Origin: Geosiphon pyriformis uo1
Taxonomy: Eukaryota; Fungi; Glomeromycota
NCBI GenBank assembly: GCA_016748015.1
Contig: JAAOMT010000128.1
Coordinates: 317,538-381,537, forward strand
DNA: 64,000 bases
Direction: 5' to 3'
Below, piece after piece: positions 50,801-64,000 of this stretch. A program made the translations under genes and the position numbers. The notes beneath the pieces are model-generated. The model was not told the origin of the DNA. It saw nothing but the letters and a program-made list of their open reading frames with translations, and did no database searches. Positions within the stretch are counted from its first letter, which is position 1, and each line of letters opens with the position of its first letter.

Positions 50801-52100
50801 GTAATTGGATCTTGTGCATCTCTTCTGAATAATAGTAATAGGGTATTGTTTCTTTACTCTAAAGCAGTTTGTATGTCTTAGAAAGTGACCAAAATGTTTT
50901 GTTGTATAGGGTCATTAATTATTGGTTTAAAAGTAACTGTTTGTGTGAAATGTTCTGATTTACTTGAAAAAAGATTAAAAACAGAAGCAATTTGATAGCT
51001 TTCTTTTTTTGTTTTAAAGAGTGTTTTAGCTAGTTAATAAGCAGCAATCAAAATGTGAATTTGGTAATTTAAGTATTCAGAATCAAAGAGCTGTTGTTCA
51101 AAGATTGTAAAATATAAAAGCTGATTGATGTTGTTGTTTCTTTCTTCAAAGTTGTCTTCAAAATAAGCTTGATCAAAGTAATAGATTGTATAAGCTGTGT
51201 AAGTTTCAGCTGAATACTCATTCAAGATCCAGTTCTAAAAGTCTTGGAATTGTCTGCTGAATTGTTTTTCTGATTGTTGTGGCAAGTATAAATAATTACC
51301 CATACAATAAAAAACAAAGTGGATTTTGACAACCTCACAAGAAGCACTATTTTTATGTTACAAGTTGAAGTAACAAGCTAATAAATAGCAAAAGAGAACA
51401 GGATTGTAAGTTGATAAAAGGAATTAAAGAAAATTTAACTTTAAACAGTGAATTGAATAAGTATAGATTCAATATATAAGATCAGTTTCATAAAATATCT
51501 TAGTTATTATACTTTTCAAAAGATAACTGGAGAATCTGAAAGTAGAGGAATAGTTTATACTGTCAACAAATAATTACACAATGATATAATTTTATGTCTT
51601 ATATTAGTATTCTTAAAATTCAATATTAAGTATCAAATATATTTTTTAGTCATGTTTTATTTAATAATCTTTAAATGCTACAATTACACATTTTAGGAAA
51701 AAGATAGAAAATAACCAATAAGTAATCTTTTATTCTAAGATGTTTGGATACTTAAAGGTAAAGAAAAAAAAATTTTGTAATAAAAGAAGAATTAAGATGA
51801 AAATTGTTATTTTATTATTTTATTTTTTTGGTTTTTGACATGTTTTTCTACAGTTAAGAAATTTTTTGCTTATATAGCTATCAAAAGTAGTCAGATTAAT
51901 AACTAGGTTAATAATTAATTTAATGATTAGGTCAATAATCAGGTCATTAATTAAATCAATGATTAGGTCAATAATCAGATCAACAGTCAGGTCATTAATC
52001 AGATCAATAATTACTATCTAAAAATAGAATGGCTAAATATATGATATTAGTAACTAATACATGTGATAATTAATAAAAAGTATGAGTTTCAACTATAATA
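50800..52100 (-). mobile_element. Element F fragment: 5' LTR (51356-52100), PBS remnant (about 51332-51349) and gag N-terminus
   Basis: CCTCACAAGAAGCACTA is a PBS-like complement next to TGTTACA. ORF 51034-51225 continues to LFRRDAQDPI, a capsid-start-like motif. Confidence 0.75.
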
Positions 52101-52525
52101 TTATAATATAAAGCTTAAAAGACATATTTTTTAGTTTTTCTTGAAATTATAATTTAATTTTTTTATTTTTTTTGTTTAATTAATTTTTTTTGTTCTTTAT
52201 TATTTTCTTTCTGTTTTTTTTTCTAATTAAAAAACTATTATATATATATATATTTTGAGTTATATATGATTATACTTATTTTAATTAATTAATAAGTAAT
52301 TATTAAGTTATTGGGTCTTTTGTTTAACTATAAGTGCTTTTTAATTTACTTGTTTATAATTGTGTTAAATTAGATGTATTTGTGTATATTTTATATACTA
52401 TTATATATATATTATATTTTTTAATTTTATTTGTTAATTTATATTATTTATATTATTATTTAATAAATAATTAATATATTATAATATTATTATTTTTGAT
52501 TTTTATTAATTTTTATTGGATAACA
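52101..52525 (-). repeat. Family-K LTR fragment interrupted by element F
   Basis: Inverted homologue of about 39759-40146; TGTTAT terminus at 52525. Confidence 0.6.
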
Positions 52526-52529
52526 CTAG

Positions 52530-53129
52530 TATTTAAGTTAATCTGCTAAAAAACATCTCGAAATTTTGAATTTTTTAAGCAGATATATTGTTTTTATTTT
52601 TATTAATAATATAATTTATTGTTTTTAGTATTATAAATAACTTAATTTACATAATTTTATGAAAAAATATGGTTTTTAATAATTAATATATTAAAACTGT
52701 ATTAATATTTAAAAAAGTCAAATTAGCTTAATTATTTGTAGTCTTATTAGTTTGATATTTAGTAAAAAATCATAAAAAAAAGTTTAATTGTATTTTTTTA
52801 AGTACAAAATAGCTATAAAAAAAAAATTTAATTAAAAATTTTTTGTTTATTCTATATAATTTACATAATTCAGCTGTATATTTATTTAATAATATGATTT
52901 ATTAATAAAATTTTGGTTATTAGTTTTGGTTTACATAATTTTTGTATATTTTTTTTGATTTAAAATGTAGTATTAATATTTTTATAAATATATAATATAG
53001 TTTTGATTAACTTAAATAGTTAATTACATGTAGCAAATATATAAGTTGTATTTAATTGTAAATTTTTAGTTTGTTTATATATCTTAAATAATAATTAGAC
53101 TATATTTATTAAATATTTAATAAAAAAAA
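52530..53129 (+). mobile_element. Decayed LINE 3' fragment with the shared tail and A-tail
   Basis: AATTACATGTAGCAAAT...ATTTATTAAATATTTAATAAAAAAAA matches the tail at 10140-10250. The 5' boundary is approximate. Confidence 0.55.
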
Positions 53130-55777
53130 TATTAAACAAAAAATAAAAACTTGTTTTTTTATATATATAAATTAAATATTGGTTATTAAATATTAAAATA
53201 AATTTTTTTAAACAACTTATAAACTTTTATTAAATATAAAATTATATAATACATAATTATATTGTTTATATTTAATATACAAAAAAAATATTATACTAGT
53301 TTAATATAAATTTACATTTTTGAAAATAAAAATTAAATAAATAACAGTTTTTTTAATAAATTTAAAACATATCAAAGTACAATATATATACAAAAAAATA
53401 TAAAAGTATTAAATACTTAATATAATATATAAAAAAAACTATATATTATAATACTATTATCAATTTAAGTCATAATTTTTTTATAATTACTTATAATTAT
53501 AATTTACAAATCAACAAAAATTATGTCTTAATAAAACATAACTATTAAATATTAATGTTTTTTTATAATATATATATAGAAGTTATATGAGCTAAAAAAA
53601 TTTCCAAAAAATAAATAGATCAATCACAAATTATTGACAAATATATATATAAACAATTCAAATATTTAATAATAAAAAATAAAAAAATTCACTACTAAAC
53701 TTTTTTTTAAATATAATTAAATTTTATTAAAGATATCAACAAATTTATTTTTATACAACTTATTTAAAATAGATTAGTTTAAGAAAAACTTTATTAGTAT
53801 ATTCTTTATTTTAAGTTATTAATTTCCAAATTAAATAAAAAAAATGTTAAAAATAGGCTTGTAATTATGAAAATTAGACAATAAAAGATTTTAAACAAGT
53901 TGTATAGTCAAATAAATATATATATACATAATTTAAAACTAGCAAAATTTGGACATATATGATATAAATCTTCTGAAAAATTTCATAAAAATTGTATTGT
54001 AATCATAATTAAAAAAGCTTTGGTTGTATGTTTTGGAAATATTTTTTATAAGTTGGTTTAGATCTTTTAATTTTTTTAATTAGTCATATTAGTAAAGTTA
54101 TATACTATAAAATCTTGGCTAATTATGCAATTTTTATAGTAAAACTTTATATAAAAAAACTAAAAAAAAGTTTTTTTTTAAAAAAACAATACACCAATTC
54201 ACATATTAAAAGTTGTGTATTCTTTTTTTATCTTTTCAAATATTAAATTACTTTTTTGGCCAGCACAAAATTCTGATATTATTTTAATAAAAAATTTTTG
54301 GTTATATATTAAAATTAAAATTTGTTAATATAATTTACAACTCTTAAATATTATACAATTAAAACAGTGAGTTAAAAAAAAATATAATATAATATCTGTA
54401 AATTACTATTATAATTTGATTAAATTTATGTTATGTCAAGTTTAAGCTATTCTTAAAGCAAATAAAAATCAAGCAAAATATTAATATGTATTTTAATATA
54501 ATAATAATAAATTAATAATTTATAAGTTAATTATTTTATATAACATATTATAAAAATATTTAATATTTTTTATATCTTTTTGTACATACATATAACTAAA
54601 TTGCAATAATATAAGTTTTTTTATAATATAAAAACAAAAAATTTAAGAAATTGTAAATAGTAGTATCTATTAAAAAATATAAAAAAAAATATAATACTAA
54701 TTTTTAAAATTCTATATTTACTTATAGTATTAATTTTGATAATATATACAAAGTTTTTTTTATAAAACTTAATTATTTAAAAACAACTAAACTAGTAATT
54801 TTAATAATTTTAAAGAAATTTTTATTTTTTTAAAACTATTTACTTAATAAAATTTTTTTTTAATATATTTGAATTTTTTATTTAAGTTTTTTCTAAAACA
54901 ATAATAAAATTAATATTTAAAATAAAAAATTTAATTTGATTAAATTTTTTTTTTAACTAAAATTATAAATTACAAAATAAATATAATAAACTTAAAAAAC
55001 AAAAAATTAAGTATTTTTTTGTTACTTATTTTATTAAAAAACAATTTTTTTAATAGTTTTTTCAAATTATAATATCTAGTTTATATATTTTATAAAATAG
55101 TTTTATCTATATATTTGCTTTTATTTAAATTATTTAAATCAACAAAACTAATTTTTTTAACTATTATGGTTTTTATATTTTTAATATTAAAATACTAGTA
55201 ATACTACTTTTTTTTATTTTCTACTTTTCTATTTTAAAATTAATATATAAGTTTTTTATTATTTTTATGTAAATTTATGACCAAAAGATTTATTAATGAG
55301 TTTATAAATTTTAATCTAATTGTAATAAGTTTTTTGATTTTTTGATTTAAATTTTTCTTAGTATAAACATATATATTCTACTTTTTTTTAATATCAAAAC
55401 AATTTTTTACATTAGTTTTTTTAATATTCAATTAAAAAGCCAATTAGTTTTCACAAAAAAATTTATATTAAAAAAATAATAAAGTAAAAAGATAAGAAAC
55501 AAAAGAAATAAACTATTTTTTTAAATATTCTTTATTTTTATTATAGATAAAAAATCTATAAAAACATTTTAAAATTAAAAATTAAATTAAAATATTACAT
55601 AAAACCAAAAATTATATAAAAAAACTATTTATATAATATATTAAATAAATTAAAAATTTGTTAAAATTAATTAAATATTTAGAATTTTTAATATAAATAA
55701 AACTAATTAAAAATAATAATTATAATATAACAGTTTAATTTGTATTTTAAAATTAGTTTAACAAATAAAAAAAACCA

Positions 55778-57860
55778 TTTTTTTTTTAATATTTAATGAG
55801 TATGATCTAATTACTATCTAAAAGTTAAAAACAAACCAAGTATTTTAATACTAAATATAATTTACATATTTTTTACATATAACTAATTACTTAAATTAGT
55901 TTAAGCTATATTATGTTAATATCTTAGAAAAAACTTATTCAAAAAAAATATTTTCTAAATAATCTTAAACAATATAGCACTATTACTAACTAATCTAATC
56001 AGCTACTTGGCTGTTTTTAAAACATTAAATTTAATACTAATAGATTTATGTTCTCATAGTAATATTAAATTAGAAAACATATTATTATTAATAACAAACA
56101 AACTTATATAAGGGCCAGATATATTAATGTTTTTATAATTATATTTAGTTTTTAATACAATTATCTTCTACTTTAATTTATTAACTGCTTTGCTAAAAAT
56201 ACCAATATTTATTAAAACTGCAGAAATATTAACTAATTTATCAGTAAAAAAGACAGAACCAACTAGAAGACTAAAAATTAAAAAAAATACAGAAACAGTA
56301 ACTTAACATAAGACTTAATATCAATAAAACAAAACACAAAAGCTTTGAGATTTTTGGAAGAAAAAATGAAAAAATCTTATAATCAACAGCCAAATAGTCT
56401 AAGCCTTAATATTTAAAGCAATATTAATATTTAGAAGTTTTTTATTAAATACAATACTTTTTTAAAGTACTAGTTTTAATAATAACAGCATCTAAATTAC
56501 TCTATAAGCCAAATATAACTAGAACAAACTAGAAATAATGACCAAAATTAAGTAAACAAAGAATGAAACAAATTTGATTATCAACTTAAGAAATCATATT
56601 ACTGATTTTATAAATAATATAACCAAAAAAAAGATTAACCAATTTGGTCTTAAACTTATCATAAAACAGAATAGTTTTATTTTAAATTACAAAAAAATCC
56701 TAATATTATCTTTGTTTAATAAAATTGATTAATAATTTAAAACAGATATAATAACATTCAAAGTTTTAAAATAAGTTATTACATATTATTAAATATCAGC
56801 TGGTTTTAAAACAACATAAAAAATTTTACCAAATACATTAAGAGCTATTTTAATATTGGCAGCAAATACACTTAAAAATATATTATACAACACAATGATA
56901 ACAAAAAAGAGATCAAACTCAGAAATTACCAAAAACTTGGCAATTTTAAGAGTAGTTAAACAAACAGAGCTTGTAAATTCAACCAAAAATGCAGTTTTCA
57001 AAGATTTCTGTAAAACAATTCTATGCAAAAAAGCTTTATATTGTCTTTTAATATTAATTTTGCATTTAAAAAACCATATACAAACTGAAAAACAGTCTTA
57101 ATATAAGCCAATTTAATCTTGAAAATAATACTAAACATTAAAGTAAAAGTTATTTATTTAATAAATTTTTAACAATTAATAATAGTTTTTTAAGCATTAT
57201 CAATAACATTATCAAAAATTAGTAAAAAAATTAATTCAGTTTTTATTTGATCAGTCTAGTTTCTAAAAACAAATAATCCAATAAGAAATTGTTGTTTTGT
57301 TTTTAAAACTAGTAATAATCTATTAAAAAAAATCACATTTAGCAATATAGCCAGTGGTTGATTTTGGTTTATCTTAGATAATATGCTAGATAATATAATA
57401 AAAATTTTATCTAGAATCATAAAAAGATTCAGTATAACAATAACAGAAGTAAGTAACTGCTCTTACTTTTTGATTATATTTAAAGAAGTAGTACTAATGG
57501 TATTAAATATAGCAATAATAGTTAAAAAGACTAATTTATTAATTAATCTATTATTAAAAATTTTTGGGTTCTTAATAGAAGTAAAAACAACATTAAAACT
57601 AACTTAAATATGTCTTTTTAAGAAAACTTTGACTGATAAAAAACCAGTTAAAGATAAAAAAAATGCTTCAATAACCACTAAAAACAGCTTTTTATTATTA
57701 CTAACTAAAAAAAGGCTTCTAAAATATTTTGTTTGGCTGTTTCTACAATAAAAAAACTTTTTTGGTTAAAACTTTGTAAAATACCAAAAAAAAATACCAA
57801 TTACAGCTTTTTTACTCTTTGTTCTAAACATAGTTATAAATAAAAGAAACAAAAAGTTTC
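55778..57860 (-). mobile_element. ORF1-only non-autonomous LINE derivative (HAL1-like), decayed
   Basis: ATG at 57831 (MFRTKSKKAV). RRM-like IALNVFGKIFYVVLKP is homologous to LINE ORF1. After about 1.9 kb comes the LINE-type 3' tail and poly(A), leaving no room for APE/RT. Confidence 0.65.
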
Positions 57861-58213
57861 TAATTTTAACTTAAACTGTTAATTTATAAATATATAGATT
57901 AAAATTATTATATAATATGTTTTTAATTATTAAAAATATATATTTTAATATATAATATTTTAATTATAAAAACATATAATTTTTAAATTATATATTACAT
58001 AAAAAATTAATATTAAATATATAAATTAATTAATAAAAATATTTTAAATTTTTAATTAATTAAAATAATATTAATTTTATATTTATAATATTAAAAAAAC
58101 TAACTTATAAAAATCAAAATCAAAATATTTTAATCAAAGTTTTATTTTTAAAAAAGTTAAATAACTGATAAAAAAATTATAAAATTAATAAAATTTTTTT
58201 AATTAAAAATAAG

Positions 58214-59640
58214 TTTTTATTATTATTATTTAATAAATGCAGTCCAGTTACTATCTAGTATATAAAATTAAACCAAGTAACTCTAACTAAATACAACTCA
58301 TATACTTGCTACATATAATTAGTCACTCAAACTAATCAAGACAATACTATGTATTTATACATACAACTAATTTATTATTAATACCAAAAAAAAGACATAA
58401 TAAATATCTATCAAAACTAATTATTATTAACTCAATAATACTTAGCATATAAATTATCTCATCAGACAAATTTATGCATAAATTACTATTTACTTTAAAC
58501 ATTACTTTATTGTTGCCAACCAATCTAATTTTCTCTGCCTTAAATCTAAACTTGGTCTTAACAGACTATATATTTCAATAATAAGAATTAACTAACTGGC
58601 AAAAAAAATCAATCAAAGCAAAAACTATCACTTTTTTATTATTATATATTAACAAAGCATTTTGATCCAATTTTTTATAATAAAATTTTTGTTGAATATT
58701 ATGTATATTTCAATATTAAAAAAGCAAAAGAGAAAAGACTATATTACAAAAAATGACTTAAAAGACATATTATTAGTTGTGAATAACCAAAACTTAATAT
58801 AACTTATAATTAATTTCTTTTGCTAATCTGCATTATTTGAATATGTAAATAAATAATCTAAAAACTCCATGTTTTTACAAAGTAAACAAAAAACATCCAA
58901 ATATAATTTGTTATATAATTTCTTATGAATTACAATCAGAAGTCTCCTATAAATAGCTTTTATCATGTAAGTCCTAAGACCAGCCATAATTCTATTAATA
59001 ATATTTGCAAATATATAAAAATCAAGATGCAAAACCAAAACTATTTAAATTCAATCAATATTACAAACAAGAGAACTAATAACAACACTAGTGCCAGAAT
59101 CTGTTTTCTAATATATACTAGCAATTGTTCTATAAATGTCCTAAATAAAGTAATAAGTATTATCAGAAACAGCCAAGCCATCAGCAACCAAATATTTTTC
59201 CATTATTCCAACAGGAAATAACTAAGAAAAACAGGTGGCAATTCTAGCCAATTTATTAGCATGCTTATTATCAAAAATGTCTGAATGTTCTTTAATTTTT
59301 GACCAAATTATCTTCAAATTCTTATTCATTATTAAATTAGTAATATAACACTTTTCTATTTAGTACTAATTGTAAAAGTCTGGTTTAGCTAAACCAAGTT
59401 CTAAAATGCAAGCATTGATAGCCACTTGACTGTTAAAATACAAAATCACAGTACTAAATAATAATACATATTTCAAAGCCAAAGCAACAGTCTGTAATTC
59501 AGTTATTATAAAAAAAACCATGTTAGAAATATCAACATTAATGCTCTTATCCACATTTAAAAAATACAAAGCCACTCCTTTTGTTATTTCTGTCAAGTCC
59601 AAATTTCTTAGTAAGCTATTAGTGTACACCTCAAAAGCAT
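58214..59640 (-). mobile_element. Decayed LINE 3' part (RNase H, C-terminal CxxC-H motif, tail), cut by element H
   Basis: EVYTNSLL...TELQTVALAL...NSQVAI; RRLLIV...CLLCKNMEFLDYLF; tail motif at 58230-58350. Confidence 0.8.
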
Positions 59641-60029
59641 TGTTACAGGTAAACTGGGTAGGATATGATGATAACATTTGGTGCTCTATTTTTAGGTCTT
59701 TTAAGGTTGTTTGCTCTTTCCACAGTATCAGTGTTATTAGTCTCTGAAAGTTTATTCCTGGATGTGAGTTTACCCACTGAGTTCTTTGGTTATAAGGCAC
59801 AGAGTTTGTCTTTCATTGATTGCAACATTTTCTATAAATATGAGCTTTCTTCTCTGTGCTAACAAGCACAGTCATTAAGATCCAGCATTGTTTTTTTGCT
59901 TTTCTAGTAAGCTACCAAAATAACGTTAATATCCAAAACTTAAAGGGAGCTTCTCTCTTTTACCAGGCTATTACAAAGTTTATTCCAAAACAGTTAATTT
60001 TTCTATGTTGTCACTTCAAACAAAAAAAG

Positions 60030-60060
<31 letters not shown>

Positions 60061-62845
60061 AAAAAAAAGAATTAGTTCTCATCAATTGCTATAATCAAGA
60101 ATAATTGGTCCAATTTGTTAAAAGTTTGAAGCATTTATACTAATGGCATCTGTTCTAGAACAAAGATAAGAAATACTGATTTTAATTTCAATTAAAATTC
60201 ATAAGATTCGAGAACATGAATTGGTAAATTGGATTTTTTTGTTTTTAATAATTATTGTATTTTAGACTATGGATATATGATAAGTATAATACAAAGTAAA
60301 ATTGATTGCTAACTAACTGTTTTTTCAGCTTTTACAACTACTTGCTTTTATATATTCTTTTGGTTTTATAGGATTGCTTTTAATTGTTTTACTATTGCTA
60401 GCTATTGTTTTGTTATTGTTAACTATTGCTCACATTTGTCCTATGTTACCTTGAATTGTACTACGTTTTTTTTGTCACGTTTTTTTGTCACATTTTCTCA
60501 TAGCTTTTTGGTTTTTTCTACTTAGGTAACATTATCCCTTCCTTTTAAAATTGAGCTCCTGCAAAATCATCTATTTTAGCCAAGTTTGTGTTTTCTGTAA
60601 AAAACTTAAATGTTGCCCTTAGTATTGCTTTTTGTAGAACTTCAAATTGGGTGTTTGTTATCTATTCTATGTTGTTAACTGTGATATTTTCAGAGTTTTG
60701 TCTAGTAGTACTGTTAAACAGTATTTAAATGCTGAATATAGTCAGTATGTTGCTTTGTAGTATAGGTTTAAGTTGTTTCTTCCCACAAATTCTTCTACTT
60801 GTCTACAGGCTTTTTTGTTGATTGTTTAATGATTGAGATCTTTATATGGGCTATTTAATTCTAATTGTAACCCAATTTTAAATAGCCAATAGACAAGTAG
60901 AAGTTTCTTTTTTCATTTCTTTGTATTTTCAGGTGTCTATTCTCTTATTACTGACTCTGGTGTTTGCCTGTTCAGACTCTTCCTTATTTCCTCAATCCTT
61001 ATCCAACACAGTTCTATTTTTGTTACCTTCACCTTCTCCTTAACTCTGTTGAGTCCTATCCATATCATATCCCTTTTTCTTTTTTTTTTGTAGGAAGAAG
61101 TTTGCTTGTAAGAATAGGACAGCTTAGTTCTAATTGAACTTTTGTCCACCTCTTTCTTGCTCCTATTTCTGTATTATATCTCTTTTTTATCAATTGTAAT
61201 TTCTATTTGAGTGGAAGATTGTTGAATTGCATCAAACAGTTGTTTTGAAAGTTGTAGAATTTGATCTGAAAGATCCATGTTGAAAAGGTTCTATTGTTTT
61301 TTTATTGTTTTCTGGGTAATATATATACTTAAATTTCCCAATTTTAATTTGCTATGTGTTGTCTATGTTTTAATGACAATGATTGGTTTTAGATCTCGTG
61401 GTATATCTTCTGGTCTGATTAATGAAATTTGTGTTCTTAGTTGAGGTACTGATGACAATGACTGTTGTTTTGCATGATAAATTTTTAATTGATTCCCATG
61501 AGCTACTTTTTTTAAAATTCTGTCTTCTAATTGTAATTTGTAAGCTCTATTTCCTAAAGCTTTGTGTATGTGGAATAGGCCATTTTACTTTGGGTCAAAC
61601 TTTCTGCTTTATTGTTTCTTTGCTTTTGTATGATGTAATAGTACTTGGTCTCTAATCTTAAATTTCATTGGTTGTTTGGATAGGTGATTGTTATGTCTTT
61701 TTTTTTGTTATTCTTGAGCATTACTAATATTGTCAGCTGCTGTTTTATGATTGTTTTCTAATATTTCTATTAGTTGGTACATTTTTTGGCATAAGATAAC
61801 TTCAAAATTTTTTTCGTTAATAATTTCTGTTAAGTAGAATGCTATTTTTTGTTCAATAGGTAGTGTTGCTTTTTTTCTATAGACTAATTCAAATGGTGTA
61901 AACTGTGTCATATTTTGCTTTAATGTTTGATATGCAAAGAGTACAGAAGGTATAAATAAGTTCCATTCTTGTTCATTTTCATAACTTATTTTTGCTAATG
62001 CTTCATATAATGTTCTGTTAAACTATTCTACCAGTTCATTTGTTTGTGAGTGATATGGTGACAATAAAAGTCATTTTATACCAAATCATTAACACAATTC
62101 AGTTAATATAGTATTGACAAAATGCATTCCTTGGTCTGATAACAATTTTTTTGGGCATTCATGTCTGCATATTAGATTTTGGTGTATGAATTTGGCTACT
62201 GTTTTGGCATTAGCTACTTAGATTGCTCTGGCTTCTGGCCATTTTGTAAGGTAGTCTATGGCTACTGTAATGTAATAATTTCCTTTGAATGTAATCGGGA
62301 GAGAACCAACCAAATTTATTCCAATTCTATCAAATGGATTTCTAACTGAAATAGATTGAAGTGGTTCTATTATTCTGGCTTCTCCTTTTTACTGACATGA
62401 GTCACAATTGAGAACATACTCAAAGATATCCTTATACATCATAGGCCAATAGTATAGATTTGTTGTTCTTTTCAGAGTTATGTTTTTGTTGAAGTGTTTT
62501 GCAATTGGGTTGAAATGCATACTATATAATATAGTTTCTTTTTTACTGTCCTTAATCAATTGTTGTGGGGTGGTGTGGTTTTGTCATTCTTGACAATAGA
62601 ATTAGTCATTTTGAATAAAGTAATTTCGTGTTTGTTTCCATATGGTATTTTGTTTCTGTTGAGATAAAATCTTCTTAAAATGTAGTGTTGATAGGTACTG
62701 ATGTAATTACTAATAAGTAAGTGTATTCATGGATTCAAAATTAGATTTGTGGTATCCTCAACAAACTGTTAGCATTGGTGTTCTTGAATCTTTTTTTGTA
62801 ATGAACTTTGAGTGGGAATTGTTGCAAATAAGTATTCCATCTCAC
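59641..62845 (-). mobile_element. Element H: B-like Gypsy element (3' LTR 59641-60531, PPT, ORF3 about 60545-61278, IN about 61362-62730, end of RNase H)
   Basis: Collinear with B from 32450 onward; DDFAGAQF*; TAA at 62741-62743 then ATG at 62730. Confidence 0.9.
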
Positions 62846-63011
62846 TATTACTTGAGTAGAAAAACCAATTCAAAGTTATGAAGAAATGTGACCAAAACGT
62901 GACATAACATAGAATAGCATGCAATAACATTGGATAATGTGTTATAACGTAGGATAACATGTTATAACACAGGATAACACAGAATAGCATACAATAACAT
63001 TGAATAAACAC
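62846..63011 (+). repeat. Start of a B-family LTR inserted in H and interrupted by element J
   Basis: TATTACTTGAGTAGAAAAACCAATTCAAAG and the ATAAC array match 15429 onward. Confidence 0.88.
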
Positions 63012-64000
63012 TATTACCAGATGAAATTAGAGATATTGTTTAGCATAAAATTATTTTTATAAATCTTATCATTAATTAGCATATATTATCATTTCAAATT
63101 ATCACTTATTATATTAGCAAAATGTCTAAAATTATCATTTAATTAATAACCCAATTTGTACATAACACAAATGTAACCTAAGTATGATGATCAATCATGC
63201 AATACCCCAAAATATGTAACATTCAAAAGTTTGCCGAAATTTATAGAAATTTGCCGAAATAATTGATAATTCACCAAAATATCTAATAGTTTACAGAAAT
63301 AACTTGTAGTTTGCCGAAATGTATCTTTAGTTCAGCAAAATTGTAGAAAAAAGCAAAGTTCAAGTTCATAGAATAGTGTTATGACAAGTTGTATAAAAGA
63401 AGAGCTTCTTTCTTCGAGAAAATATATCTTACTTTAGATTTATTACTTAGAACCATTCCTACACACACAAAAAGAAATAAATATCAAATAATTCGAAAAA
63501 CCAAATTCTTTAATTATTGCACTTGGAAAATCCCCAAAACCCAACTAATGTTTTGAAATTGATTAGCTACCAATTTCAGTAAACTGTTAGTGACTCCAGG
63601 CCTGAATAGAAAACGTTTTCTTTGATAAAATTCTATTTCTTTTACATTTTTTTTATTTTTTTATTATAATCATTAAGGTAACCTACAGACAAGATTCCTG
63701 TAGAAAAGTTGACTTTCACAGCAAAGTAACTACACATTTTTAGTGAGCTTCTAGATGAGCAATTTCTGGGAAAGAGTTGATGTTTACTACAACATAACTA
63801 CACAAAGCAACTGGCATGGAATTGGCCATTCCATTTATAAGCCCAGCAGTTCAAATTATAAGAAATAATTTGAAGATAAATTTAGTTACTGAAGGTTCAA
63901 CCACATTCAGAAAACGTGAATTCATAGCAAACAGGCATCAACAACATTTAGGAAAAGAGACCAAAAACCTCTGGTAATATTTAGTGCTCTCCCATGGAAA
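63012..64000 (+). mobile_element. Element J: 5' LTR (63012-63979) and PBS remnant of another LTR family, running off the window
   Basis: Inverted termini TATTACCAG / CTGGTAATA; TTGCCGAAAT repeats; TT-TAGTGCTCTCCC is PBS-like after a TGG>TAG change. Confidence 0.75.

Noticed and set aside
39759-52525. Inverted repeats of about 380 bp as TIRs of a 12.7-kb DNA transposon
   Set aside because: Both begin with the TGTTA/TATTA terminus typical of local LTRs. No transposase or TSD was found, so two opposite-orientation LTR fragments is simpler, though not proven.
53130-55770. Extremely AT-rich tract (also 10250-11156) as an origin, centromere core or host gene
   Set aside because: No ORF or motif could be supported; most likely terminally decayed repeats.
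59366-59800. 144-aa ORF as an LTR-RNase H fusion gene
   Set aside because: Chance in-frame join of H LTR sequence to decayed LINE RNase H at the 59640/59641 insertion point.

Overview
This window is eukaryotic, very AT-rich and appears gene-free. It is made almost entirely of nested, decaying retroelements. A fungal source (possibly Glomeromycotina/Mucoromycota) is inferred from composition and element types, not proven. It holds three full-length Ty3/Gypsy-type LTR elements: A (425-10054, +, TSD CTGC), B (15429-35861, +, TSD GTGG) and C (16870-27049, -, nested in B). It also holds a full-length LINE with RNase H (11791-39044, -, split by B and itself inserted in a solo LTR), several truncated or older Gypsy copies (D, E, F, H, J), solo LTRs and LINE 3' fragments. 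ORFs are broken mainly by C>T/G>A nonsense changes. The most interesting signal is an unusual organisation shared by several diverged LTR elements. ORF1 is a single polyprotein (helical N-domain, capsid, CCHC, protease, triple Cys-rich module, dUTPase, dUTPase-like repeat, RT, RNase H) and stops at a position-conserved TAA right after RNase H. Integrase is a separate ORF with its own start codon in a variable frame. A conserved soluble ORF3 of about 210-245 aa ends in F-[DA]-[GE]-A-Q-x-stop directly against the PPT. The LTRs share a covarying 8-bp hairpin with a 2+6+1 palindromic loop (CU-UGAUCA-N, like a retroviral dimerisation site) and, in some families, a U5 sequence that can pair over the PBS. 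An ORF1-only (HAL1-like) non-autonomous LINE is also likely. No host protein genes, rRNA, tRNA or CRISPR arrays could be supported.
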